Origin: an uncultured Gammaproteobacteria bacterium
Lineage (GTDB): Bacteria > Pseudomonadota > Gammaproteobacteria > Arenicellales > Arenicellaceae
NCBI GenBank assembly: GCA_964633815.1
Contig: CAZWHW010000003.1
Coordinates: 6,518 to 70,517, forward strand
Length of the DNA stretch: 64,000 bases
Direction: 5' to 3'
The notes under the pieces were generated by a model. That model did no database searches and was not told the DNA's origin. It saw only the letters and a program-made list of their open reading frames with translations. The stretch's first letter is position 1. Each line of letters opens with the position of its first letter. Shown piece by piece: positions 51,688 through 60,817 of this stretch. The position numbers were made by a program, and so were the translations under genes.

Positions 51688-52275
51688 TTAGGGGGTTATG
51701 CGTGCAGAAAGCGTATTGAACTGTTTTGTGACAGTTAATATTTGGCCGTAACTGATCTGAATATTAAAAATTTCAGCCAAAGGGATTTTTAAGTATTTTG
51801 CTGCAATCAATCGCATGACGCCTGCATGTGTGCACACAGCTGCATATTTTATTTCTAGAGAGAATATTTCCTTCAGAAAGGTCTCTACTCTAGTTTGCAT
51901 TTCTAATAAACTTTCCCCTTGTGGAGGGCGAGAATGAATAAAGTCATCTGTCCAGGGCTGTGTTTCAATTCTTGGTATATCTTCCCATACGCGCAACTCC
52001 CAATCTCCAAAATTAATTTCTTGCAGTTCTGAGCGGATCGATAATTCAATTGATGTGTTCTGGTTTTGATTGATTTTTTCCGCCAAAAGGAGACAACGTT
52101 TTGCAGGACTTGTGAAAATATAATCATATCCATTTGAACTTTTTGCTTGTTGTAATACACTTAGAATTTGCTTTGATTCTTCTTTAAAGCTATCAGAAAC
52201 ACCAATATCCGCTTGTCCATAACAAATCCCTGGTGCAATTTGAGGTGTTGTATGGCGAATAAAATGAATTTCCAT
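51688..52275 (-). CDS. cobC: alpha-ribazole phosphatase (histidine phosphatase family)
   Basis: The ATG at 52275 gives 'MEIHFIRHTTPQ', the RH catalytic motif. It sits in the cob operon. The track ORF start at 52356 would overlap cobS. Confidence 0.7.
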   Translation of the reverse strand: MEIHFIRHTTPQIAPGICYGQADIGVSDSFKEESKQILSVLQQAKSSNGYDYIFTSPAKRCLLLAEKINQNQNTSIELSIRSELQEINFGDWELRVWEDIPRIETQPWTDDFIHSRPPQGESLLEMQTRVETFLKEIFSLEIKYAAVCTHAGVMRLIAAKYLKIPLAEIFNIQISYGQILTVTKQFNTLSARITP

Positions 52276-52283
52276 TGCGCAAA

Positions 52284-53066
52284 TTAAGTCAGACTCAAAG
52301 CAATAATGCTGAGATAAAAAACAGCTTCCAGTACTTGCTGCATCGCACCTAAACAATCGCCTGTATAACCATCAATTCGCTTTTTAAAGTAACGAGTGAT
52401 CAATAGAAATGTCAACCACATCGGAATTAGACTAAACACATAAGCAGGATTTACAGCTAATAATAAGAAAAAAAATGGCGTGATTAATACAGCACTAAAT
52501 ATTAAGCTCTTGTAGGATAATTTTTTCGAAGCCATTGATTTGGCTTTGCTTTGTTCATCGTTTTGGACATAGTCTAAACAATCAATGCACAACGATGCGC
52601 CTAGACGACTCAATGAATGTCCATTGATATAAGTAACTAGTAATAAAGTTAAAGAGATGCTGCCCAATTCGATTAAGCTTAATATTTTTATTGCTAATAG
52701 TAGCGATAGGCATACGACTGCATAAGTGCCGACGCGGCTATCTTTCATGATGCTGAGTATTTGCTGTTTCTGCCAGCCGCCGCCAAAGCCGTCACAACAA
52801 TCCGCAAATCCATCTTCATGCAAAGCGCCAGTTATTAGCACACTGATGACTATCGACAAGACCACAGCAAGGGGTAGGGGGAGCACTAGGTTTGTTAAGT
52901 AAATAGTGAGTGCAGCTAAACTGCCAATAAGAACACCAATAAAGGGAAAGTATTTACGTGAAAAATGTTGTATTTCATCCGAGTAAGGTAATGACACAGG
53001 CACTTGAAAGCGGGTGAAAAACATCACAGCAGTCAGAAAATAGTGTTTTTCTTGCTGCCAGTTCAT
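52284..53066 (-). CDS. cobS: adenosylcobinamide-GDP ribazoletransferase (cobalamin synthase)
   Basis: Polytopic protein with 'FFTRFQVPV' and 'HEDGFADCCDGFGGG', typical of CobS. The ATG at 53066 forms an ATGA overlap with the btuF stop. Confidence 0.85.
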   Translation of the reverse strand: MNWQQEKHYFLTAVMFFTRFQVPVSLPYSDEIQHFSRKYFPFIGVLIGSLAALTIYLTNLVLPLPLAVVLSIVISVLITGALHEDGFADCCDGFGGGWQKQQILSIMKDSRVGTYAVVCLSLLLAIKILSLIELGSISLTLLLVTYINGHSLSRLGASLCIDCLDYVQNDEQSKAKSMASKKLSYKSLIFSAVLITPFFFLLLAVNPAYVFSLIPMWLTFLLITRYFKKRIDGYTGDCLGAMQQVLEAVFYLSIIALSLT

Positions 53067-53986
53067 TTTATTTGGTGAGAACTTAAATTGTTTCTGGCTG
53101 TATCGAATTTTTCGCATACAGATTGTGCTCCCTGAATTATACGGGCAGTATGCCTACTAACAATATCTGCATTCACAGTGAATAGATTATTCGTTTTGAC
53201 CGCAGTCATAGTCGGCCACTGTTGCCAACGCAATAATGGTTCAACGCCTGATTTATGATTTGTGCCTGTGATAATGACATCAGGATTACGCTCAATTAAA
53301 GATTCAATAGTAATAATGGGTGCTTTGATTTTTTCATCGGCATAGATGTTTATCCCGCCACATAAACGCAATACGTCACTGATGATTTGCTTGCCATTGA
53401 TGGTGTAGATTGGATCGTGCCAAACTTGATAGAAGACCGAAATAGGTGTTTTGCCAGTTTGTGATTGGCGCAACAAAGCTAATTCATCTAGATACTTTTT
53501 AGCACTTAATTCAGCAATGTGCTGTTTGCCAGTTAATATGCCGATATTGCGAATTGCTGTTGCTACTTCTTGCATAGTGCTAGGCTCGTCTATGTAAAGA
53601 GGGATGCCAAGCTGTTTTATTTTGTCAAAGAAATGTTTTGGTGTGCCAGATTGCCAAGCAAAAATGACATCAGGTTTGAGTGCGGCAATGGCTTCGATAT
53701 TGTATTTATTGTAGCCACCAACTTGTGGTAATGATTCAGCTTCTGGAGGGTAGTTAGCATAGCTAACACTGCCAACCAGTAAATCACCTGCACCAGCACT
53801 GTAAACGTTTTCAATGATATGTGGGGCTAAAGCTAGTATCCGAGACGCAGGTTGTTTAAGGCTGATAATTGCACCACTATCATCAGTAACACTGATTGCT
53901 TTTGCTGAAGTGGCTGATGGAGAATAAGCGATTAATAAGACGCTTAAGCAGATAAAGCGCTGCAATTTATATACGTGTTGTTTCAT
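53063..53986 (-). CDS. btuF: corrinoid ABC transporter periplasmic binding protein
   Basis: Signal peptide, class III periplasmic binding protein layout ('RILALAPHIIENVYSAGAGDLLVG', 'PDVIFAW'), and operon context. I prefer the ATG at 53986, which overlaps the cobT 3' end by 20 nt. Confidence 0.7.
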   Translation of the reverse strand: MKQHVYKLQRFICLSVLLIAYSPSATSAKAISVTDDSGAIISLKQPASRILALAPHIIENVYSAGAGDLLVGSVSYANYPPEAESLPQVGGYNKYNIEAIAALKPDVIFAWQSGTPKHFFDKIKQLGIPLYIDEPSTMQEVATAIRNIGILTGKQHIAELSAKKYLDELALLRQSQTGKTPISVFYQVWHDPIYTINGKQIISDVLRLCGGINIYADEKIKAPIITIESLIERNPDVIITGTNHKSGVEPLLRWQQWPTMTAVKTNNLFTVNADIVSRHTARIIQGAQSVCEKFDTARNNLSSHQIK

Positions 53987-55052
53987 CTGTTTTTCCCGCA
54001 ACAGCAGCTTCTGCGAAAGTTGCCATATTGTTGTGAATTGACAAAGCGCTTTTTAATAATGGTAAACAGACCGCAGCACCACTGCCTTCACCTAGGCGCA
54101 TGCCAATATCAAGTAATGGTTTTGCCTGAAAATAGTCAAGCGCTTTAGCGTGCGCAGGTTCCGCCGATTGATGAGAAAATAACAACCAATTTCGACTCGA
54201 TGGATTGAGTTGACAAGCAATTAGTGCAGCTGCCGTGCTGATAAATCCATCGATTAAACTTGGAATTTTGTTTTGAGCGGCAGCAATATAGGCACCAACC
54301 AAGCCAGCAATTTCAAAACCACCAAAAGTCTGTAAAACGACAAAAGGATCTTTTGGATCTATACGATGTTTTTCTATGGCAACTTGAATGATTTGAGCTT
54401 TACGTTCAATTTCTGTAGCTGTTAATCCGGTGCCAGGCCCCACTGCTTGTGTTGTGGAGATGCCTAATAAAGCGCAATAAATTGCAGAAGCTGAAGTGGT
54501 GTTGCCAATGCCCATTTCACCACCGATAAATAATTGAGGTAGTTTTTCCAGCTGGGATTCGATAATGTCTCGACCGATATCTAAAGCTTGTTGAGTTTGA
54601 CTCTCTTGCATTGCTGCTTGTTGACTGAAATCTTTAGTGCCAGGTGCTATTGGTGTATTAATGAGTTTTGGATTGGAGAGTAGGTCTTGTTTGTTGGGCA
54701 AAGGATTAGCAAGCCCTATATTGACTACCGCGAAATCAGCACTTTCTTGTTCACTTAATACGCTGATTGCAGCACCACCATGAATAAAATTACTCACCAT
54801 TTGCGTCGTTACTTCTTGTGGAAAAGCTGAAATGTTTTGCGCACAGATTCCATGATCTGCTGCAAACACTCGAATTAGGCTTGTTTTAAGCTGTGGTTTT
54901 TCTGTTGATTGCCAACCAGCAAATTCAATGGCAATGTCTTCAAGTCTGCCCAAAGATCCAGCGGGTTTTGTCAATTGATTTTGCCTGCTTTGAGCAGCAT
55001 TTCTTGATTTATCACTAGGCGTTGGACAAGGGGTTGTGTACCAATTTTTCAT
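53967..55052 (-). CDS. cobT: nicotinate-nucleotide--dimethylbenzimidazole phosphoribosyltransferase
   Basis: 'LTKPAGSLGRLEDIA' and 'GEMGIGNTTSASA' are CobT signatures. I prefer the ATG at 55052; the track ORF start at 55109 would overlap cobU. Confidence 0.88.
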   Translation of the reverse strand: MKNWYTTPCPTPSDKSRNAAQSRQNQLTKPAGSLGRLEDIAIEFAGWQSTEKPQLKTSLIRVFAADHGICAQNISAFPQEVTTQMVSNFIHGGAAISVLSEQESADFAVVNIGLANPLPNKQDLLSNPKLINTPIAPGTKDFSQQAAMQESQTQQALDIGRDIIESQLEKLPQLFIGGEMGIGNTTSASAIYCALLGISTTQAVGPGTGLTATEIERKAQIIQVAIEKHRIDPKDPFVVLQTFGGFEIAGLVGAYIAAAQNKIPSLIDGFISTAAALIACQLNPSSRNWLLFSHQSAEPAHAKALDYFQAKPLLDIGMRLGEGSGAAVCLPLLKSALSIHNNMATFAEAAVAGKTDETTRI

Positions 55053-55057
55053 AGCGT

Positions 55058-55609
55058 TTATTTTAATTTCTGGGCTAAACCAGCGGTAATTAAGCTGACA
55101 TTTGCGCATTTTTTAGCAAGTTCTTGGTGTAGCCAACCTGATTCATCAATAAACTGCCTAGCAAGTTTGTTTGTTGGCATAATGCCAGTTCCTACCTCAT
55201 TACTGACCATGATTATTCGCGCTTCGCTTTGTTCTATATTTTGTAAAAAATGTTGTTTTTGTTCAGACCAACAATCATGGTGGAGACAATTACTCAGCCA
55301 TAAAGTTAAGCATTCAATTAACACTGTATCGGTATTTGAAAGTGTGTTTAACACTTTGCCGAGTTCAAGTGGTTCTTCAATTAAGTTCCATTGAAAATTA
55401 GTTGTTGCTTGGGTTTGTTCACGATCTGTTTGATGACGCTCAATGCGTTTGCGCATTTCATCATCTAAGGCTTCGCCAGTGGCTAAGTAATAGGCTGTCG
55501 AAGGTTCTTTCTTTGTTATTGAGTTAAAAATAAGGTTTTCGGCAAAGTGACTTTTTCCACTGCGAGCGCCGCCTAAAATTAAATGATGTCGGTTGCTTTT
55601 GATTGACAT
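55058..55609 (-). CDS. cobU: bifunctional adenosylcobinamide kinase / adenosylcobinamide-phosphate guanylyltransferase
   Basis: 183 aa with the P-loop 'ILGGARSGKSHFAE', plus 'YLATGEALDDEMRKRIERHQ' and 'MVSNEVGTGIMP'. Confidence 0.88.
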   Translation of the reverse strand: MSIKSNRHHLILGGARSGKSHFAENLIFNSITKKEPSTAYYLATGEALDDEMRKRIERHQTDREQTQATTNFQWNLIEEPLELGKVLNTLSNTDTVLIECLTLWLSNCLHHDCWSEQKQHFLQNIEQSEARIIMVSNEVGTGIMPTNKLARQFIDESGWLHQELAKKCANVSLITAGLAQKLK

Positions 55610-55621
55610 GAGATTAAGTAA

Positions 55622-56404
55622 TTATTCTTCTAATATGACGGGTTTGCCGGAGCTAGGATTTTTCGTAACTTGACAGTTAATAGCGAATAATTCTTTAATA
55701 GTAGCAGGAGTTAATACTTGTTCTGGTGTACCAGTTGTTAGCACCTTGCCTGCATGTAAAGCAATTAATTCATCGGAATAGTTAGCAGCAGTGTTTAAAT
55801 TATGCAGAACCATCACAATAGCGATATTGGATTGAGAAAAAATCTGTAAAAACTGCATGAGCATTTGTTGATGACCTAAATCCAGTGAAGTGTTTGGTTC
55901 GTCAAGCAATAGTATTCGTGGATTGGGTGTGTCTTCACCCCTCCAGATTTGTGCAAACACGCGCGCTAATTGCACTCGTTGTTTTTCACCGCCTGATAGT
56001 TGTGGGTAAGGCCGCTGAGAAAACTCAGTCATTTCCATCGTAGCGAGACTCTGGCGAATGATTTCAGTGTCTAATTTGTCACCCGTGTTATGAGGAATTC
56101 TTCCCAACCGCACTACTTCTTCTACTGTAAATGGAAAATTCAATAAACTCAGTTGCGGTAAAAAAGCTAAATTTCTAGCACGATGATTGTCATTGTGTTT
56201 GGGATTGATATGTTGCTCATGTATTTTTATTTGACCTGAAGTGATGGGAATGTCACCTATAATTGCTTTTAATAAGGTTGATTTCCCGACTCCATTTGCA
56301 CCAATAATGGTGGTAATTTTGCCTGCGTGAATGTGAGCCGACACTTTAGTTAAAACGGATACATTGTCGTTGTTTACACTAATGTTATCGATGCAAATGC
56401 TCAT
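55622..56404 (-). CDS. btuD: corrinoid/iron-siderophore type ABC transporter ATP-binding protein
   Basis: Walker A 'GANGVGKSTLLK', signature 'LSGGEKQRVQLARV' and Walker B 'ILLLDEPNTSLD'. Operon context supports the call. Confidence 0.75.
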   Translation of the reverse strand: MSICIDNISVNNDNVSVLTKVSAHIHAGKITTIIGANGVGKSTLLKAIIGDIPITSGQIKIHEQHINPKHNDNHRARNLAFLPQLSLLNFPFTVEEVVRLGRIPHNTGDKLDTEIIRQSLATMEMTEFSQRPYPQLSGGEKQRVQLARVFAQIWRGEDTPNPRILLLDEPNTSLDLGHQQMLMQFLQIFSQSNIAIVMVLHNLNTAANYSDELIALHAGKVLTTGTPEQVLTPATIKELFAINCQVTKNPSSGKPVILEE

Positions 56405-56409
56405 GTTGC

Positions 56410-57480
56410 TTATGCCTCTTGCATGCCATAACGATGGCGATTTTTTAGCAAAGAAATAAAGAAAGGCGCGCCAACTAGAGCAGTGATGATGCCAACAGGG
56501 ATTTCTGCTGGTGAAATAATAGTGCGAGCAAGTGTGTCGGCAATTAATAATAAGATTGCACCCGCAATAAAGCTGGCAGGGATAAGGAAGCGATGATCAG
56601 GACCAATAATTAAACGCATGATGTGTGGCACAACTAAACCGATGAATCCAATTCCACCAACGAGTGAAACAGAAATTCCAACCCCAGCTGCAACTAATAT
56701 CACGAGTTTTAATTTAGTTTTTTGGACAGCAATGCCAAGATGTCGTGCTTCAGATTCACCAAGTAATAAGGCATTGAGGGCAGTACTTTGCTGTTTGAAA
56801 AACACCAGTAAAATGACAACAACCACACTCATGAGGGTGACATGTGTATAGTTGGCAGCATCCAAGCCTCCCATTTGCCAAAGGCTGATACGTCTTAGCG
56901 CGTTATTGTCAGAGAAGTATTCTAACAAACTGGTGAAACCACCAGCCAATGCGGTGATGGCAATGCCTGCTAATAACATGGTGGCAACTGAAGTGCCATT
57001 GGCATTGGTTGATAGGCGGTAGATTAATAACACAGTGATAAGAGCACTAATAAAAGCCCCAATGCTGACTATTGATAATCCTAAGCCGTTTTGTTGAAAA
57101 TCGCTTAAGTTTAGCCATTGTGTACCCAGTACGATAATGATTGTAGCTCCAATGGAAGCGCCTGCAGAAACTCCGATCAGTGACGGGTCAGCTAAAGGAT
57201 TGCGGAATAAGCCTTGCGTGATTGCGCCACAACTAGCTAAACAAGCTCCGACTAGTAAGGCGAGTAAGGCGCGCGGTAAACGAATTTTTTCTATGATTAA
57301 GGTAAAGCTTGATTCGGATGTTTGATTTGAAAAGGGGTTGATTATTGTAAAAATGTCGGCGGTAGGAATTTGCATACTGCCTAGCGATAATGAAATCAAA
57401 AAACAAATACACAATACAATTGCCATGCCTATTAGCAAGAGTCTTTTAAATTTGTGTTGCTTAGTTAGTGATGACTGCAT
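56410..57480 (-). CDS. btuC: FecCD-family ABC transporter permease (corrinoid import)
   Basis: 356 aa polytopic protein. 'RLPRALLALLVGACLASCGAITQGLFRNPLADPSLIGVSAGAS' is the FecCD/BtuC signature region. Confidence 0.78.
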   Translation of the reverse strand: MQSSLTKQHKFKRLLLIGMAIVLCICFLISLSLGSMQIPTADIFTIINPFSNQTSESSFTLIIEKIRLPRALLALLVGACLASCGAITQGLFRNPLADPSLIGVSAGASIGATIIIVLGTQWLNLSDFQQNGLGLSIVSIGAFISALITVLLIYRLSTNANGTSVATMLLAGIAITALAGGFTSLLEYFSDNNALRRISLWQMGGLDAANYTHVTLMSVVVVILLVFFKQQSTALNALLLGESEARHLGIAVQKTKLKLVILVAAGVGISVSLVGGIGFIGLVVPHIMRLIIGPDHRFLIPASFIAGAILLLIADTLARTIISPAEIPVGIITALVGAPFFISLLKNRHRYGMQEA

Positions 57481-57530
57481 TTTGCATTCGGTGCTATTAG
57501 TTATTTATTGATGATTGTTTGTGAGTATAA

Positions 57531-57561
57531 AGAAAAAGCCCGAGATGAAAAATCCCGAGCT
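57531..57561 (-). terminator. possible strand-specific (G-U dependent) terminator/attenuator between btuB and btuC
   Basis: Minus-strand RNA AGCUCGGG-AUUUUUCAU-CUCGGGCU can form an 8-bp stem (6 Watson-Crick plus 2 G-U pairs), followed by UUUUUCUUU. It lies 27 nt after the btuB stop. Confidence 0.4.
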
Positions 57562-57587
57562 TTTCTAAGAGCATTTTTAATTTCGAT

Positions 57588-59348
57588 TTAGAATGTCAGA
57601 TTACCTGTTACAAAAATAGAACGATCTTCAGTATTAAAGCCACTAATAAGTTCATAATCTTCATCAAACAAATTGCCAACTTTGGCGCTTATATTAAATT
57701 TATCGGTTATTTTATAAGCAGCTCTTAAGTTAACTAATTGAAAGCTATCTAGTTCAGTGTCTACATCAAATCGACCATTTTCAGCTAATAAATCAGCGCC
57801 AAATCCAAAGTTACCAAATGCTCGATCAACTGAAATTTTCAAGGTTTGTTCTGGGCGACGAACTAATTCCAAACCAGTGGCTTCATCAGTTGCATCCAAG
57901 AAATTCAAAGAGCCTGATAATGACCATTGGCCGATTTTTGTACCAAGTTCTAATTCAACACCCTGAAGAGTGGCTTCGTTGATATTGACTGGTAAGAAAG
58001 TTGGTGCTGTAAATTCAATTAAATCGTCGATAGTGGTGTCAAAAGCAGAAATGCGCCATTGTGTATTGCCCACATTGCCTCGCAAAGATACTTCTAATGT
58101 TTGGGATTCTTCAGGTTCTAAATCTGGATTACCAAAATCTGGAAAAAATAATTCATTAAACGTTGGCGCTCGAAAAGCCGTGCCGTAACTAGCCGTTAGA
58201 CGGGTATTTTGCGAGAGTGAATAAGTTAAAGCTAGGCTACCATTAGTTTGATTGCCATACGCTGAGTTATCATCAAAACGTATGTTTGCTACAACACCTA
58301 ATTTGCCAAATTGACTTTGCAGTTGCGAGAAAATGCCTGTGTTGTCACGTGAATCTTCAGGGAATGGTGTAAGAGTTGTAATCTCTTCGTCAAAATAATC
58401 ACTGCCTAGAATCAATAAATGATTACTCGAAAGATTAATTTCAAGTTGCGAAGATAGTGTTAGGCGTTGCGTGTCTGCTTGAGAAGAGAATGCTTCCGTG
58501 AATGAATCATTATTGGTGAAACCAATAACTGAAGACCACTTGATCGCATCACTGTATTTGCCAGTGAAATTAGCAGAAATTGTGCTGATTTCATTTTCTG
58601 TTATAAAACCAGTGTCTGCTCCAAAAGTATTGTCAAATTCAATTTCATTGTCAGCAAAAAAACCAGAGATAGAAACATTGGCTAAATTCCCTAACGAAAA
58701 GTTTGTACCTATATTAATAGCGGTTTCTTCAAAACCATCATCATCATCATTGCCTTCAGTAACTGTAGTAGTTGAGTCAATGCCTGTGTTTTCTTCGCGG
58801 CTTGCTGAAATACGAAAGGTTGAATTGCTAAAAGCGACTGAAGCTTTTTCATGACCAAAACTGCCAGCGGAAAGTTTGACACTGCTTTGACTTTGAGAAG
58901 GCTTTTTTGTAAATAGTTGGATAACGCCGCCAATTGCGTCAGCACCATATAGGCCTGAAAGAGGGCCTTTAACAACTTCAATACGTTCTATAAATTCTAA
59001 TGGAATATGGCCTAATTCTGTTGAGCCTAGCGTTGCACTTCCAATTCGAACTCCATCGACTAATACAATAGTTTGTGTACTGTCTGCACCACGAATAAAT
59101 GCACTTGAAACTGTACCTCGCGAGCCATTTCGAGTGATACTAATGCCGCTTACTGAATCAAGTAATGCCGTAATGTCAGAGCTTTGCGACTCTTCAATGT
59201 CTTTTTGGGTGAACACGTGTGCTGTTGAAGCGACGTCGGATAAAGATTGTTGTCCTTTGGCAGTAATAACAATTTCTGTTGGTTTGGATTCTGCTATTGC
59301 AACACAATAGATTGCACTTAGTGCAACAGATAATAAGGTTTTATTCAT
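57588..59348 (-). CDS. btuB: TonB-dependent vitamin B12/corrinoid outer-membrane receptor
   Basis: ATG at 59348 (the track uses GTG at 59357), with a signal peptide and TonB box 'PTEIVITA'. It has a plug domain ('RIEVVKGPLSGLYGADAIGGVIQL'), a C-terminal 'TGNLTF', and sits directly downstream of a cobalamin riboswitch. Confidence 0.88.
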   Translation of the reverse strand: MNKTLLSVALSAIYCVAIAESKPTEIVITAKGQQSLSDVASTAHVFTQKDIEESQSSDITALLDSVSGISITRNGSRGTVSSAFIRGADSTQTIVLVDGVRIGSATLGSTELGHIPLEFIERIEVVKGPLSGLYGADAIGGVIQLFTKKPSQSQSSVKLSAGSFGHEKASVAFSNSTFRISASREENTGIDSTTTVTEGNDDDDGFEETAINIGTNFSLGNLANVSISGFFADNEIEFDNTFGADTGFITENEISTISANFTGKYSDAIKWSSVIGFTNNDSFTEAFSSQADTQRLTLSSQLEINLSSNHLLILGSDYFDEEITTLTPFPEDSRDNTGIFSQLQSQFGKLGVVANIRFDDNSAYGNQTNGSLALTYSLSQNTRLTASYGTAFRAPTFNELFFPDFGNPDLEPEESQTLEVSLRGNVGNTQWRISAFDTTIDDLIEFTAPTFLPVNINEATLQGVELELGTKIGQWSLSGSLNFLDATDEATGLELVRRPEQTLKISVDRAFGNFGFGADLLAENGRFDVDTELDSFQLVNLRAAYKITDKFNISAKVGNLFDEDYELISGFNTEDRSIFVTGNLTF

Positions 59349-59479
59349 TTCAAACACCTGTGCCTATTAAAGGCAAAAAATAATTTAAGGTGATTGAGCG
59401 AGGAAAGTCAGGTAGGAACAGTTCAATCAAGAAGCTGTTTGCCCACGATGGAAGGCCCTCCGCTCCATCAAGAAACAAG

Positions 59480-59575
59480 AAATTGGCTTGGTATCGGACT
59501 TAATAATGAATTAATTTACCGTTGCGGGGGCAGTGTTGGATTCGCACCAACTTCCCAAGCAGTTCACAGATAAAA
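59480..59575 (-). promoter_or_regulatory. cobalamin (B12) riboswitch aptamer in the btuB leader
   Basis: The minus strand reads 'GCUUGGGAAGUUGGUGCGAAUCCAACACUGCCCCCGCAACGGUAA...AAGUCCGAUACCAAGCC'. It contains the conserved GGGAA..GGUG..AA.CC....GCCCCCGCAACGGUA core and a B12-box-like AGUCCGAUACCAAGCC. P1 pairs GCUUGG (59555-59560) with CCAAGC (59485-59490). The expression platform extends down to the start codon. Confidence 0.85.
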
Positions 59576-59765
59576 ATTATAAACTGCACCAAAATCTGAT
59601 GCGGGAATTATATGTGATTTTGGTGTGAATACAATGATTAAATCGTTGATGCTAACTATGCTGAATAGTAAAAGACTTTTCATTACTTATTTTATGCGGT
59701 TGTCTTATGTTATATGATGGAATGAAAGCATAAGATAAAGACAATAAGGAGTAGAGGTATATAAT

Positions 59766-60257
59766 ATGAAAAACAAACTCATTAATATAGTGATTTTAGT
59801 GTCATTATTATTCAGTTTTTCCACGACTGCATTTGCTGAAAAACAGGAAATGACATTGAATCAAATGGAAGAAATAATTAAAGGATTAGCTTCTAAATCA
59901 GAAGGAGAAAAAGGGCGGGTTCAGTTCGTTTTTCAAAATGTGCAGATGTATTTGATTTCAGATCCTGTGCGAAATCGAATGCGAATAATTGCACCCATTA
60001 CTACATATAATGAATTAGATAAGACGTTGATTGATGCTGTCATGATATCTAATTTTAGTTTAGCGTTAGATGCACGTTATGCAGTTCGAGATGGAATTTT
60101 ATTTTCTGCATATATTCATCCTTTAAAAGAATTGACTGAAGAGCAAATTAAATCAGCAGTTCGCCAAGTCTCTTCTTTAGCGGTTACTTTTGGTACTAAA
60201 TTTACTAGTGGAGAAGCGGCTTTTGGTGTGGAACCAAAAGAAAAGCCAATCCATTGA
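59766..60257 (+). CDS. hypothetical secreted protein (163 aa)
   Basis: Strong Shine-Dalgarno (AAGGAG) and signal peptide 'MKNKLINIVILVSLLFSFSTTAFA'. The mature part vaguely resembles YbjN/T3SS-chaperone-like alpha/beta proteins. That is a weak impression only. Confidence 0.5.
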   Translation: MKNKLINIVILVSLLFSFSTTAFAEKQEMTLNQMEEIIKGLASKSEGEKGRVQFVFQNVQMYLISDPVRNRMRIIAPITTYNELDKTLIDAVMISNFSLALDARYAVRDGILFSAYIHPLKELTEEQIKSAVRQVSSLAVTFGTKFTSGEAAFGVEPKEKPIH

Positions 60258-60314
60258 TTGTTGTGTTGCTTATAAAATGTACTTCTATATAACTTGACAG
60301 TTTGGTTTTTTGAC

Positions 60315-60794
60315 ATGACTAAGCGAGAACAATATGAAATTGTTTTGATAGTTATATTTGTGTCGATCGTTTCAGTTTTTTCTTTCTACTTGCCTGATCA
60401 GGTTCGCTTGGGAAGAATTGTATTATATTGCGCAATTTTATTGTTATTTCAAGGTTTGTTGCGTGACTTATCTATTTATTTTTATTTGTTTAAATCAAAA
60501 AAAGCAGATCAAGCTCAACAGCCGAAAATCACCGCTCAGTGTTTGTGTCTTGAGTCAGGTATTGGTGTTTCAGGAGTGATTATAGGATTACTGCTATTTT
60601 TTTTTGTGAATGATTGGGTTGTTTCAATTGTTCAATGGCAGTGGGTTGGGCTATTAATGAGTGTGCTAATAGTCGGATACTTGATCAAGGATTGGGTTTT
60701 TTATTGGAAATCTTTTCAATTTAGGCGTGAACCGGATCATGCAAATGTTATTTTTAGTTTTAAAGAAAATTTTAGACATGAAAATAATAAATAA
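60315..60794 (+). CDS. hypothetical 4-TM membrane protein
   Basis: The ORF runs 60294-60794 from a TTG; I prefer the ATG at 60315. It has four hydrophobic helices and no recognisable motif. Confidence 0.45.
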   Translation: MTKREQYEIVLIVIFVSIVSVFSFYLPDQVRLGRIVLYCAILLLFQGLLRDLSIYFYLFKSKKADQAQQPKITAQCLCLESGIGVSGVIIGLLLFFFVNDWVVSIVQWQWVGLLMSVLIVGYLIKDWVFYWKSFQFRREPDHANVIFSFKENFRHENNK

Positions 60795-60817
60795 TAAATT
60801 GTCTAGGTTTAAGTAAT

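Noticed and set aside
52276-52356. Upstream extensions of the cobC ORF. The same applies to cobS at 53067-53117, cobT at 55053-55109 and btuF at 53987-54001.
   Set aside because: The extensions would overlap the preceding gene substantially. Internal ATGs give N-termini that match the family starts and tight operon spacing.
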